Both the position numbers and the translations under genes were made by a program. The notes below the pieces were generated by a model, which made no database searches, had not been told where the DNA came from, and saw only the letters and a program-made list of their open reading frames with translations. A DNA stretch of 64,000 bases from Polyangiaceae bacterium. Lineage in GTDB: Bacteria; Myxococcota_A; Polyangia; Polyangiales; Polyangiaceae. Of the stretch, positions 25,088 to 34,254 are shown piece by piece. The stretch is taken from NCBI GenBank assembly GCA_044376115.1, contig JBILLK010000012.1, positions 1 to 64,000 on the forward strand. Direction: 5' to 3'. The first letter of the stretch is position 1. Each line of letters begins with the position of its first letter.

Positions 25088-27657
25088 CGGTCATTTAGGC
25101 CGCGCGCAGCAAGGATTCTACGGGCGAGCGCGGCGCGGTCTGTTGCCTTAGGACTTCCGAGTTTAGTTAGGATACGTGCCTCAAGAGCGGCGGCTACGCC
25201 GTAACGCACATGGTTGCTTCCGACTTCCCGGCCCAGCGCCGCAAGGGACTCTTGAATATTCGTATTGGCGGCGGCCAGATCCCCTTTGCGGAGCAACAAT
25301 AGAGCAAGGTTGTGCTTAATCGCCCCGCCGGACCCAAGAGCGAGCGCTGGGTTCTGGTCCGCTTGGGACAACGCTTGCTCCAAGAGGCTAATCGCCTTGG
25401 GCTCGTCGCCTTCCACGGCGGTTGCGCAAGCCCGCGCGTTGAGTTCACTAATCGCGGAAGGGTCGTCTGGCCGCTGCACTTGGCTTTTGATTCTCGTAGC
25501 AAAGTCGATCGCGCCGGAGGTTCGGTGGGTGCCGGTCGGGTCGTGGAAACGAAGCGTTGGGTCGCCCGACTCCTCCAACATTCCCGATAGTGCCTTCAGC
25601 GCCGCGTCTGACGCCGCAGCCTGGTCCTCACGCAACACGAGCAGCCGCGCTTGCGCATCCCAGGTTGCAAGCTGCGGCTGTGAGGCCACGCCGTAGCGCT
25701 CTGAAAGTGCTTCGGCCTCGCGCAGCTGCTCGGCAGCCTCCTCCAACTGCCTGCTAGACAATAGTAGTTCTCCGCGCAATAGCACGTATGTACCCAACTC
25801 GGGAGACTTGCGGATACCCGGGACTGCGCTGGCGATTTGCAATGCACGGTCCACATCCTTCAGCCCGGCTTTGGCGTCGTCTAGTTCGAGCTTGGTGCGG
25901 GCTCGTTCCCGCAACACCTCGGCGACCTCGATAGCGACTAGTCCGTGCTCTGCTTCACACAGAGGCAGCGCCTCATCCAAAGACTCAAGCGCCTTAGTGA
26001 GTTGGCCTTCCTTTCTACGCACACGTGCAATAGCTAGCGCCAAGCGACCCGCGCGCTGCTTATCTTGGGATTGCCGTTTGGCCTCCGCTTGGGCGAAACC
26101 AATCCACGTCTCAGCGTCACTTGCGCGGCCTTGCTCCACGCCCACCAGCTCTACGAGCGCAACCGTCGCATCATACAGCAGCTCGTCACGACGACTCGCC
26201 CGCGCAAGCCGGACAACCTCTTCCAGCGCTTCTTGAGCGCGCTTGGGGCGCTCAAGCTTGCGCTCCAGCGACGCGAGCCGAAGCAGCGCTTCTGCCAACA
26301 CGGGATCGTACTTTAGCGCCCGCGCCCGCTCGACCAGCGCCAATAGCTTTTTGCGACGTGAATCGTAGTTTGGCGTCCACTCCGCCGACTCTGCGTCGAA
26401 GGCACTTAGCTCTTCACGTAGCGCCGCAACGTCGCCAGCGACAGCCTCTGGTGGCTGGGTCGGCTCGGACGGCGGTGCACCGCGAATGAGCTCCGTTATC
26501 GGGTCCGGCGATGCGGCGCCACGGGTAGCCAAAAGGTAGAAGGCGCCAAAGAGCAGGCCAGTACCCAGGAGCACGGTCAAAACGAACACCACTCGCCGAC
26601 GTGTGCGGGTTCGATCGGCGGTTAGCACCGCTAACACCTCCGCCATACTTGCATATCGCTGCGATCGACTCGTAGCTAGCGCGCGTCGAAAGAATGCGTG
26701 CTGCCACCGAGGGGAACGCCCAGAGTCCTCCGTCATTCGTCCTGAAAGAACGTTGTTTCGAAGCTCTTCAAAGGTTCGACCTTCAAAGGGGCGGCGGCCG
26801 TGCATAGCCTCATAGAGTGTCGCAGCAAAGGCGAATTGGTCAGTACGGTGGTCTGCCTCCTCGCCCAAGAACTGCTCGGGAGCCATGTAGGCCGGCGTCC
26901 CAACGATCGCCCCGGCCGCCGTAAGATTGGTATCCAACTGGACCGTCGCTAGGCTTCCACGCGGCGGACGCGCCAGTCCGAAGTCTGTCACCAAGACTCG
27001 GCCATCATTTCCACACAAGACGTTCTCCGGCTTGAAATCGCGGTGGACCAAGCCCGCACGGTGCGCGGCATTCAGGCCCTGCCCGGCCGAGACGAGTGCT
27101 CGAAGGACCTCGCCTTCGGTGCGCGGCACTCGCTTCAACCACTCACGCAGCGTCGTTCCCTCAACGAGCTCCATCGCGACAAACAGTTGGCCCGTTCGCT
27201 CGTCGCGACCGACGTCGTAGACCGTGACCACGTTTGGGTGCGTTAGCTTGGCCATCGCCCGAGCCTCGCGCGCCAACCGAAGCCTAAGCTCGTCGGCATC
27301 GGTAGATGGGTCTTGATGCAGAACCTTGAGCGCAACGGTGCGGTCCAACTCAGGGTCAAAGGCCGAGAGAACGCTGCCCATGCCCCCGGCTCCCAGCGCG
27401 CCCAAGATACGATAGCGTCCTATCGATGTGGGACCTCTAAGCCCCATATCGTTGGCAATAGGCACCGTTCTCGCATGGGCCAGCTCATCTCTCCCGCTCC
27501 CGCTGACCGCCTGGGATGCATACAGTCGCAGCATCTCAGCGACCAGCTCGCGACAACTGTTGCACCCGTCGATATGGTGCTCGATCTCCCCTCGACCCTG
27601 AAGGAGGGTGCCGAGAGCAAATGCGTCGAGCTGTGAAGCATCAGGACACGCGGGCAC
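25084..27657 (-). CDS. Ser/Thr protein kinase with N-terminal zf-HC2 motif, TM segment and C-terminal TPRs
   Basis: HIDGCNSC; LGAGGMG, VALK, HRDFKPEN, DFG, GTPAYMAPE; hydrophobic span VVFVLTVLLGTGLLFGAFYLLA; TPR tail. Confidence 0.95.
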   Translation of the reverse strand: MPACPDASQLDAFALGTLLQGRGEIEHHIDGCNSCRELVAEMLRLYASQAVSGSGRDELAHARTVPIANDMGLRGPTSIGRYRILGALGAGGMGSVLSAFDPELDRTVALKVLHQDPSTDADELRLRLAREARAMAKLTHPNVVTVYDVGRDERTGQLFVAMELVEGTTLREWLKRVPRTEGEVLRALVSAGQGLNAAHRAGLVHRDFKPENVLCGNDGRVLVTDFGLARPPRGSLATVQLDTNLTAAGAIVGTPAYMAPEQFLGEEADHRTDQFAFAATLYEAMHGRRPFEGRTFEELRNNVLSGRMTEDSGRSPRWQHAFFRRALATSRSQRYASMAEVLAVLTADRTRTRRRVVFVLTVLLGTGLLFGAFYLLATRGAASPDPITELIRGAPPSEPTQPPEAVAGDVAALREELSAFDAESAEWTPNYDSRRKKLLALVERARALKYDPVLAEALLRLASLERKLERPKRAQEALEEVVRLARASRRDELLYDATVALVELVGVEQGRASDAETWIGFAQAEAKRQSQDKQRAGRLALAIARVRRKEGQLTKALESLDEALPLCEAEHGLVAIEVAEVLRERARTKLELDDAKAGLKDVDRALQIASAVPGIRKSPELGTYVLLRGELLLSSRQLEEAAEQLREAEALSERYGVASQPQLATWDAQARLLVLREDQAAASDAALKALSGMLEESGDPTLRFHDPTGTHRTSGAIDFATRIKSQVQRPDDPSAISELNARACATAVEGDEPKAISLLEQALSQADQNPALALGSGGAIKHNLALLLLRKGDLAAANTNIQESLAALGREVGSNHVRYGVAAALEARILTKLGSPKATDRAALARRILAARGLNDR

Positions 27658-27712
27658 ACGCTCCTATCGCGCCACCTCGCAAAGGCCGCAAGCCATCCTC
27701 TAAGATGGCCGG

Positions 27713-28609
27713 ATGTCTTCGTCGATTTCGGCAACGTTCGAGAGGCTAGAGCCTACTCTTCGAGCGGCGTTGGGCAACTCCCCTGCTAGCCAGGCACGGC
27801 TCGATCAACTTGCAACTGCGCTTGCCGAAGCAGCCTCGATCGGCCGTGAGCAAGCAGCCCTGGCCCTGCTTGAACGACTCAAGCAGGAGGATGCCCATGA
27901 CCTTATCGTGGCGCTTGACTCCTTCCTTGTCGACGACCTCTCACTCGCGCTCGCGTGCGCAGCCCGCCATCACCGCGCGCTGGCGAATTTTGAGGAACGC
28001 TTCGGTCGAGAGATCGACCGCGCCATTCGCAAGAGTCCCGGCCTTGGCCTCGGTACAGACGAGTTTAGGCAAATCATTCGCGAAAAGCTGTTTGTTGCGT
28101 CGGGCAGTGAGGCGCCAAGAATCGCCTCCTACGGTGGTCGCGCACCGTTGATAGGCTGGCTGCGAGTGATTTGTGCGCGCACCGTCATTGACTTAGCGCG
28201 CAAGCACCATGAAGTGGAGCCAGCTCCGCGCGATGAAGAGCTGTTCGATCGCCTTGCGTCTCGCGACAACCCCGAGCTTCAAGCCATTCGGTCGTGCTAC
28301 GCGGAAGTCTTACCAAGGGCATTTCGCGCAGCTTTGGCAGAACTCCACCCCCGCCAGCGGAACCTGCTCAGACAGCGCTACTTGCATGGCACCCCCGCTT
28401 CCGCTTTGGCTACGAGCTACGGCGTTCATCGAGCGACGCTCTTTGGTTGGCTCGATGAGGCTCGAGAGCAACTACTCTATCGAATGCAGCGCGAGGTTCG
28501 GGCTGCAGTTGCTGAGTCTAGTCTGGATAGCGTAATGGGCCTGATGGGGAGCGAACTTAACTGGAGTATTCGACGGATGCTCGACGCCAACGTCGAGCCA
28601 GACCAGTAA
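27713..28609 (+). CDS. Myxobacterial-type ECF sigma-70 family protein
   Basis: DLSLALACA, RIASYGGRAPLIGWLRVIC (region 2), LHPRQRNLLRQRYL...YGVHRATLFGWLDEAR (region 4 HTH). Confidence 0.82.
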   Translation: MSSSISATFERLEPTLRAALGNSPASQARLDQLATALAEAASIGREQAALALLERLKQEDAHDLIVALDSFLVDDLSLALACAARHHRALANFEERFGREIDRAIRKSPGLGLGTDEFRQIIREKLFVASGSEAPRIASYGGRAPLIGWLRVICARTVIDLARKHHEVEPAPRDEELFDRLASRDNPELQAIRSCYAEVLPRAFRAALAELHPRQRNLLRQRYLHGTPASALATSYGVHRATLFGWLDEAREQLLYRMQREVRAAVAESSLDSVMGLMGSELNWSIRRMLDANVEPDQ

Positions 28610-28657
28610 ACTTACTTGTCCGTGGACACGGCCGGTGAGTCCGGCGACCATTCACGT

Positions 28658-29212
28658 ATGACTTTACTTTCCTGCGATCATTGCTCGGGTTTTCTACCTT
28701 CAACGTCTGCAACCTGCCCGCACTGTTACGCGCCGGCACGCGCAAACTCCAAGGCGAGTGGGTGGCGAAAAGCCGCCGCGGCGGCAGCCGGGGGCATGAG
28801 CATGATGACGTTGATGGCGTGCTACGGCGGCGGGGTTGAGTGCCCTCCGTCCGTGGATCAGGACGGAGACGGCGCTTACGACATCGGCTGTTATTCGCAG
28901 GCAGACTGCAACGATTCAGATGCAACCATCTATCCTGGGGCAGAGGATCCCATCGGAGACGGCATTGATCAGGACTGTGACGGGGAGGACGGCAGCGGTG
29001 GTTCGGGCGGAATGGGTGGGACGGGCGTGTTTGTTGGCACTGGCGCAGCTGGCGCTGGCGGTTCGGGGGGTGGTACAGGCGCAGCTGGCGCTGGCGGTTC
29101 GGGGGGTGGTACAGGCGCAGCTGGCGCTGGCGGTTCGGGGGGTACCGGCGCAGCTGGCGCTGGTGGTTCTGGAGCGGCAGGTGGCTCGGGCGGATCCGGA
29201 GGGGCGAACTAG
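28658..29212 (+). CDS. Zinc-ribbon-led lipoprotein-like protein with DxDGDG/DQDCDG metal-binding motif and Gly-rich tail
   Basis: ATG 28658; CDHC...CPHC, TLMACYG, DQDGDG...DCNDSDATIYPGAEDPIGDGIDQDCDG. Confidence 0.8.
   Translation: MTLLSCDHCSGFLPSTSATCPHCYAPARANSKASGWRKAAAAAAGGMSMMTLMACYGGGVECPPSVDQDGDGAYDIGCYSQADCNDSDATIYPGAEDPIGDGIDQDCDGEDGSGGSGGMGGTGVFVGTGAAGAGGSGGGTGAAGAGGSGGGTGAAGAGGSGGTGAAGAGGSGAAGGSGGSGGAN
29042..29170. repeat. Coding tandem repeat, 36-bp unit GGCGCAGCTGGCGCTGGCGGTTCGGGGGGTGGTACA, about 3.5 copies
   Basis: Two exact copies, one 33-bp copy and one partial copy; encodes GAAGAGGSGGGT. Confidence 0.92.
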
Positions 29213-29532
29213 CGCCTGTGCTCGTCGCATTCCTCCAACGCGGCGCGCGAGTCAGCATTGAGCCTGCAGCGTTGCGTACGCACCCACTGAACCCGACCTC
29301 TCGGAGGCGGCCATGAAGAGCGCAAGCAGGCTGCTTCGAACTCGTCAGAGCTTCGGAGCAGTCTGCGAACGTTCGCGCAAACTTCCGTGGGCTCAGGCGC
29401 TCGCCAGAGAGCCCAATAAAACAGGGAGGCCGACGCCAGCAGCGAGAGCCCGACCGCTGCGGCGAAGTAGCGTCGCTTACCGACCGCCTTGGTAGCGGGC
29501 GTCGTTGTCTTCGCGCTTCGAGATTGGCCCAT
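29209..29532 (-). CDS. Small membrane-anchored hypothetical protein
   Basis: ATG 29532, basic N-terminus, one TM span, five Cys. An alternative start at 29652 overlaps the desaturase. Confidence 0.5.
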   Translation of the reverse strand: MGQSRSAKTTTPATKAVGKRRYFAAAVGLSLLASASLFYWALWRAPEPTEVCANVRRLLRSSDEFEAACLRSSWPPPRGRVQWVRTQRCRLNADSRAALEECDEHRR

Positions 29533-29623
29533 ACACTCTTGATGACGTTGAGATGGGCCAGTAGTCGCCCGACCGGCGAAAGATTTTGGTGCGCTACCCT
29601 GGATATCGCTAGGGTCTGGCCGA

Positions 29624-30712
29624 TCAGGCTGGGCCGGGTAGAGGGGCGCCATTGGAAGTAGGCCAGCTGAGTCGGGCGATCTTCTTCACCACACTCCAGA
29701 ACTGACCGGCGAGCGACCCCGTATTGTAGGGCAAGCCATACTTGTGACATAGGGCACGGACCTCGAGAGCGAGCTCTGGGTAGCGGTGTGCCGGAATGTC
29801 AGGGAACAGATGATGCTCTATCTGGTGACTCAAATGGCCGCTCAAGAAGTGCAGGATTGGGCCCCCTTCGAAGTTCGCCGACCCAAGTAGCTGCCGGTAG
29901 TAGAAGTGGGCGCTGGTCTCATGCTCGAGCGACTCCGGGGAAAATGTCGCCGTACCAGCGGGGAAGTGACCACAGAAGATGACGGCGAATGCCCAAACGT
30001 TGCGCACCAGATTGGCAACGAGATTCCCTACCAGTACGTGTACGAATAGCGGTCCGCCCAAGAGCGGAAATAGCAAGTAGTCCTTGAGCAGCTGTCGCCC
30101 AGCTTTCCTTGCTACGCCCTTGAGCTTCTCGGTCTCCGCTTCAGTTCTGGTGCCCTTCTTGGCCATCAACCAGGCACCAAAGTCCGTGTCATGGACAGCA
30201 ACGCCCCACTGGAACAGGAGCGCAAGCCCTGCCGCGTAGAGTGGCTGAAGAATACAGTGCAGTCGCCACGGCTGCTCTTCAGTTACGCGCAACATCCGGT
30301 AGCCCAGGTCATGGTCAACCCCCCGAACATTGGTAAAGGTATGGTGCATGTAGTTGTGAGACCGGCGCCACTGATCGGCAGGACAGACACTGTCCCACTC
30401 ATAAACCTCGCCGCTCAGGTTGGGTTCGTTCGAGAAGTCATATTGGCCATGCATGATGTTGTGTCCCGCTTCCATGTTCTCGATGATCTTCGACAGGGAT
30501 AGGCAGGCCACACCAGCTACCCAAGCTGGTGGAAAGAAGGCCAGATACAAAAGCGAACGCCCGGCGACCTCAAGCCCGCGCTGCAGGCCGACCACCCGCT
30601 GGATGTACCGTGTATCCCGCTCCCCGAGTTCGCTGCGAACTCGCCGATGGAGATCACCTACCTCACGACCAAACGCTTCAATCGTTTCACGAGAGATCGA
30701 ATTCGGATTCAT
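29624..30712 (-). CDS. Membrane acyl-CoA/fatty acid desaturase (DesA3-like)
   Basis: His boxes GHNIMHGQYD, HNYMHHTFTN, HQIEHHLFP. Confidence 0.95.
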   Translation of the reverse strand: MNPNSISRETIEAFGREVGDLHRRVRSELGERDTRYIQRVVGLQRGLEVAGRSLLYLAFFPPAWVAGVACLSLSKIIENMEAGHNIMHGQYDFSNEPNLSGEVYEWDSVCPADQWRRSHNYMHHTFTNVRGVDHDLGYRMLRVTEEQPWRLHCILQPLYAAGLALLFQWGVAVHDTDFGAWLMAKKGTRTEAETEKLKGVARKAGRQLLKDYLLFPLLGGPLFVHVLVGNLVANLVRNVWAFAVIFCGHFPAGTATFSPESLEHETSAHFYYRQLLGSANFEGGPILHFLSGHLSHQIEHHLFPDIPAHRYPELALEVRALCHKYGLPYNTGSLAGQFWSVVKKIARLSWPTSNGAPLPGPA

Positions 30713-30730
30713 TACGCTGCTCCGTTTGAG

Positions 30731-31813
30731 TTAAAGGTCAATGACAACAGGACCGACGGGTTGGCTTACGCACAATTGCAGCAGCACGCCGCCCTCGGAT
30801 GACACCTCACCCGTCCGTAGATCGCGCGTCGCTCCCGAGATCTTGCGACGGGTGCAGCTGCGGCAGAGGCCAGCTCGACATCCGCTCGCCGGCTTGAGCT
30901 CGGCCTGTTCGGCCGCCGCCAACAGGGTCTGACGACTCTCGACCGTCTTGTTTGAGCGTCGGAAAGTCACAGTGCCGACTGTGTCGCTGTCGATGCCGAT
31001 TGGGGCAAAGCTTTCAGCGTGGAACCGTGCGCTTGCTCCGACGGACGCGAACGCTTCCTGCGTCGCCGAGAGCAAGCCCAACGGTCCACACGCAAATGTC
31101 TCGCGTGCGGCGAAGTCTGGGACGAGACGCTCGAGTAAGCCCTCGTTTAGAGCGCTATCACCCGATACCAACTGCAAGTGGATACCCGGCAGCTCGCCGA
31201 TAGCTTCCAGTTCAGCCGCGAAGGGAACGTCAGCAGAAGAGCGCGCGAAGTGAACGATACGAATGTCGGGGCAACTAGGCCTCGAGCGAAGCATCGACAT
31301 GATGGGGGTGATCCCGGAGCCTCCGCTGATGAATAGAAGCTTCGCAGGGGTTTGGGCTGGGAGGACAAAATCCCCTTGAGCCTGGGATAGACGCACTTGC
31401 ATCCCGGGAGTTGCCCCGAAGACGAGCCCGGGCGTCACTCGCCCATTAGGGACGGCTTTGATTGTCACCTCGATCAGGCCATCAAGGCGCCCTGGCGCGC
31501 TCGAGATAGAGAAGCAGCGGGTTAGCCAGACACCATCGACCTCAACACTTAGTGCAACCCATTGGCCAGCTCGATGTCCGCGCCAGAGATGATTGGGACG
31601 CAAAACCAACGTTGCAACCTGTTCGGTCTCTTGACGGACAGCTTCAACACACGCGCGGACCTCAGTCGTAGAAAACAGTGGAAACAGCCACTCGACGAAG
31701 TGGTCTGGCGTACGTGGAAACGTCAACAGCGACGCGACCTCATAGAGTGTTCCCCACCAGCGCGTCGATTCTCTGGTAACGCTAGACATGACTCTGCCCT
31801 CGAGATTGCCCAT
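30731..31813 (-). CDS. Ferredoxin-NAD(P) reductase with C-terminal 2Fe-2S domain (desaturase partner)
   Basis: RCFSISS, GGSGITPIMSML, CGP, GCRAGLCRSC...LCVS; RBS GGGAGG. Confidence 0.93.
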   Translation of the reverse strand: MGNLEGRVMSSVTRESTRWWGTLYEVASLLTFPRTPDHFVEWLFPLFSTTEVRACVEAVRQETEQVATLVLRPNHLWRGHRAGQWVALSVEVDGVWLTRCFSISSAPGRLDGLIEVTIKAVPNGRVTPGLVFGATPGMQVRLSQAQGDFVLPAQTPAKLLFISGGSGITPIMSMLRSRPSCPDIRIVHFARSSADVPFAAELEAIGELPGIHLQLVSGDSALNEGLLERLVPDFAARETFACGPLGLLSATQEAFASVGASARFHAESFAPIGIDSDTVGTVTFRRSNKTVESRQTLLAAAEQAELKPASGCRAGLCRSCTRRKISGATRDLRTGEVSSEGGVLLQLCVSQPVGPVVIDL

Positions 31814-31908
31814 CAGGGGCCTCCCTTCTCTTCCTGCTTGATTTACTATTTAGACAAAGCGACGCCCTGCCACGTGGTGACAGCAACGCCAGTTCTGCAA
31901 CTAAGAAA

Positions 31909-32667
31909 CTATTTTTTATTAGTCTTCTTGGACTTCTGGCGAACCAGCGCGGCGGCTGCGCCAGCCTCATTGGCTTTGCGCACCGCTCGCTCCATCTCCC
32001 GAGCGAAAACGAGGCGTACAGCTTCGAGAGTCACGGGTCGCAGCTCAGCGTAGGACGTGTCGAGGTCATCTCCCAATGCGTCCCCGCGCTTCACAAAGAA
32101 CTGCGTCAAGTCCTCGGCTAGACGTGAGAGATGCTTCTTGAGGATGAGGCCAGCCTCGCGCGTCGTTCCGACGGTTACGCCGACCTTTTCAAGGCGGAGC
32201 GCCAGATCAAGCAAGGCCGGACTAACAACAAAGAAGGCATCTCCCTTTCGTTCGATGGTGCGCGCCCTCAGCAGCTCAGCTGCGAGTCCAGGCCTATGTC
32301 CGTCGAGCAGCTGGCCGAGTTCTCCTTCCGAGAGCACCTTGGGGCGGTCACCTGCCCATGGGGCGTTAAGCTGATCATGCGAACCAAGCCAGTCTTGAAT
32401 GGTAAATCCGTTCTTCTCTGCTTGAGACAAGACGTCGCGAATCGCTTTGATCTGCAGCCCACGGTCCTGGAGCATTGCAATCTGCTCCAGCCGCTCTGCG
32501 TGGCTGCGCCCATAAATAGCAACTCGCCCGCGGATGAACGGTTTAGGCAGCGCCCCCTCAGATTGGTAGAAGCGTATTGTGCGGCTGGGAACCCGCGCGA
32601 GCGTTGCGAGCTCATCAATCGTGTACTCAGGCTCCGGCGAACCGGACTCTGTCTTTGGCGCTGCCAC
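31909..32667 (-). CDS. MerR family transcriptional regulator
   Basis: YTIDELATLARVPSRTIRFYQSEGALPKP...LQDRGLQIKAIR. Start reassigned to GTG 32667. Confidence 0.9.
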   Translation of the reverse strand: MAAPKTESGSPEPEYTIDELATLARVPSRTIRFYQSEGALPKPFIRGRVAIYGRSHAERLEQIAMLQDRGLQIKAIRDVLSQAEKNGFTIQDWLGSHDQLNAPWAGDRPKVLSEGELGQLLDGHRPGLAAELLRARTIERKGDAFFVVSPALLDLALRLEKVGVTVGTTREAGLILKKHLSRLAEDLTQFFVKRGDALGDDLDTSYAELRPVTLEAVRLVFAREMERAVRKANEAGAAAALVRQKSKKTNKK

Positions 32668-32669
32668 GA

Positions 32670-32703
32670 TGACTGTTGTAACCGTCACAGTTGATACTGT
32701 CAA
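32670..32703 (-). promoter_or_regulatory. Promoter TTGACA-N17-TACAAC containing two adjacent palindromes
   Basis: Minus strand TTGACAGTATCAACTGTGACGGTTACAACAGTCA: TGACAGT-ATCA-ACTGTGA and TGACGGT-TACA-ACAGTCA. Confidence 0.7.
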
Positions 32704-32721
32704 GATAGGTCCGGGTCTGGG

Positions 32722-34191
32722 GTGACTTTGTTGGGGCCCAGCGCTGCGCTACGGTCTAGAGGCTTGACGAATTCGGTTGAACCTCATGCGGAGAGTGGAG
32801 GCCATGCGCAACACGACGCGCTGCTCGGGACGCTTGTAGCTGGGCACTACCGCGTAATCCGCAGGATCGGGCAAGGTGGGATGGGCGCGGTCTATGAAGT
32901 CACTCGCGATGAAGAGCGCGCTGCCATCAAGTTCATCACGGGGAACGGCAAGCAACTCGATAGTCGGGCGCTCAAGAGGTTCCAACGCGAAGCGGCTCTT
33001 GCGGCTGAGATCGTTCACCCCAACGTGACGCGTACGTTTGAGTTCGGCCACGATGACGAGCTGGGTGCCCCCTTCTTCGTGATGGAGCTGCTCGCGGGGC
33101 GGGATCTCGGCGCGGTGCTTCAGGAGCTGGCGCCTTTGGAACCCGCGGTGTGCGCCAAGATCGGCGCGCAAGCAGCTCGAGGGCTTTCGGCGGCGCATTC
33201 CCGTGGAGTCGTTCATAGGGATGTGAAGCCACACAATCTCTTTCTTCACGGTCAGCAGGAGGTGACCGTCAAGGTTTGCGATTTTGGCGTAGCGAAGCTT
33301 GCTGAACCGGCGCGCCAAGGGGACGACTCCTCGCTGACGCACAGCGGAGGCATCATCGGATCTCCGCGCTATATGTCGCCTGAGCAAGCGCAAGGGGCAA
33401 AGGACCTCGATGAGCGAACGGACGTGTGGAGCTTGTGTGCCTCGTTGTTCGAGGCGCTCTCGGGGCGCCGCCTTTGGGAGGCGGAGACGCTAGGTGAAAT
33501 CATCGTGGCAATCTGCACCAAGCCGATTCCACGGCTTACGCAGGTGGCGCCCTGGGTTCCACCGGCGCTCGCCGCAACTGTGCATCGCGGACTGGAGCGG
33601 GACAAGGAGGCTCGCTGGCCAACCATGCATGAGCTGGAACAGGCGCTCGATCAACATACGGACGGGGCTAACGCGATGAACTGGGACGATTTAACCCAGG
33701 TGCCAGAGGCAGCGCGTCGATCAGCGAGCCATAGGTCCGTCGCGGACGTGGTAACCCGCGCCGATAACACCTACGCGCCCGCGGCTGTCGCAATCGCGCA
33801 TAGGACAACGCCGGTCTGGGGCGTCATGGGCGTTGTTCTCGCGCTAGCGGCTGCACTTGCATGGGCCACGCTGCGCAGCTCGGCTGGTAGTGCTCAGCAG
33901 TCAGGGTCGCCAATCGAAGGGCCGCCACTTGCCGAGTCAACCCCGTCCACGTTGCGCCCAGGCAACGGGGCCGACGAGAGCGCTCAACCACCCACTGGCA
34001 GCTCGGGAACAACACCGTCGAGCGCTGGCGCGACCAACATCCCTTTAGCGGTCAAGGAGCTGTCCGTGCCCTCGGCTGTTCATAGAGCCTCAGGCGTCTC
34101 GCGTACGACCCAACCGCCGAAGAGTGCTTCGGCAGCGGCCCGCCCCAGCGTTTCCGCCGCCACGTTGCCAACCCGAGAAGATTGGAAATGA
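32722..34191 (+). CDS. Membrane Ser/Thr protein kinase with low-complexity external tail
   Basis: IGQGGMGAVY, AIK, HRDVKPHN, DFG, GSPRYMSPEQ; TM span; Ser/Pro/Thr-rich tail. Start uncertain. Confidence 0.95.
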   Translation: MTLLGPSAALRSRGLTNSVEPHAESGGHAQHDALLGTLVAGHYRVIRRIGQGGMGAVYEVTRDEERAAIKFITGNGKQLDSRALKRFQREAALAAEIVHPNVTRTFEFGHDDELGAPFFVMELLAGRDLGAVLQELAPLEPAVCAKIGAQAARGLSAAHSRGVVHRDVKPHNLFLHGQQEVTVKVCDFGVAKLAEPARQGDDSSLTHSGGIIGSPRYMSPEQAQGAKDLDERTDVWSLCASLFEALSGRRLWEAETLGEIIVAICTKPIPRLTQVAPWVPPALAATVHRGLERDKEARWPTMHELEQALDQHTDGANAMNWDDLTQVPEAARRSASHRSVADVVTRADNTYAPAAVAIAHRTTPVWGVMGVVLALAAALAWATLRSSAGSAQQSGSPIEGPPLAESTPSTLRPGNGADESAQPPTGSSGTTPSSAGATNIPLAVKELSVPSAVHRASGVSRTTQPPKSASAAARPSVSAATLPTREDWK

Positions 34192-34254
34192 CGCCCTAGG
34201 CTCAATCCGCATTATTCTCATAAGGCGGCGCATATCATTCTGTACAATCGACCC

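Noticed and set aside
29042..29170. 36-bp repeats as a CRISPR array
   Set aside because: The repeats are contiguous with no spacers, in frame within a Gly-rich CDS, and no cas genes are present.
31909..32703. MerR protein as the CarH that binds the 22158-22190 repeats; TTG 32703 as its start
   Set aside because: No B12-binding ExHxxG motif in its C-terminal domain, and it has its own palindromic sites. The TTG coincides with the -35 box.
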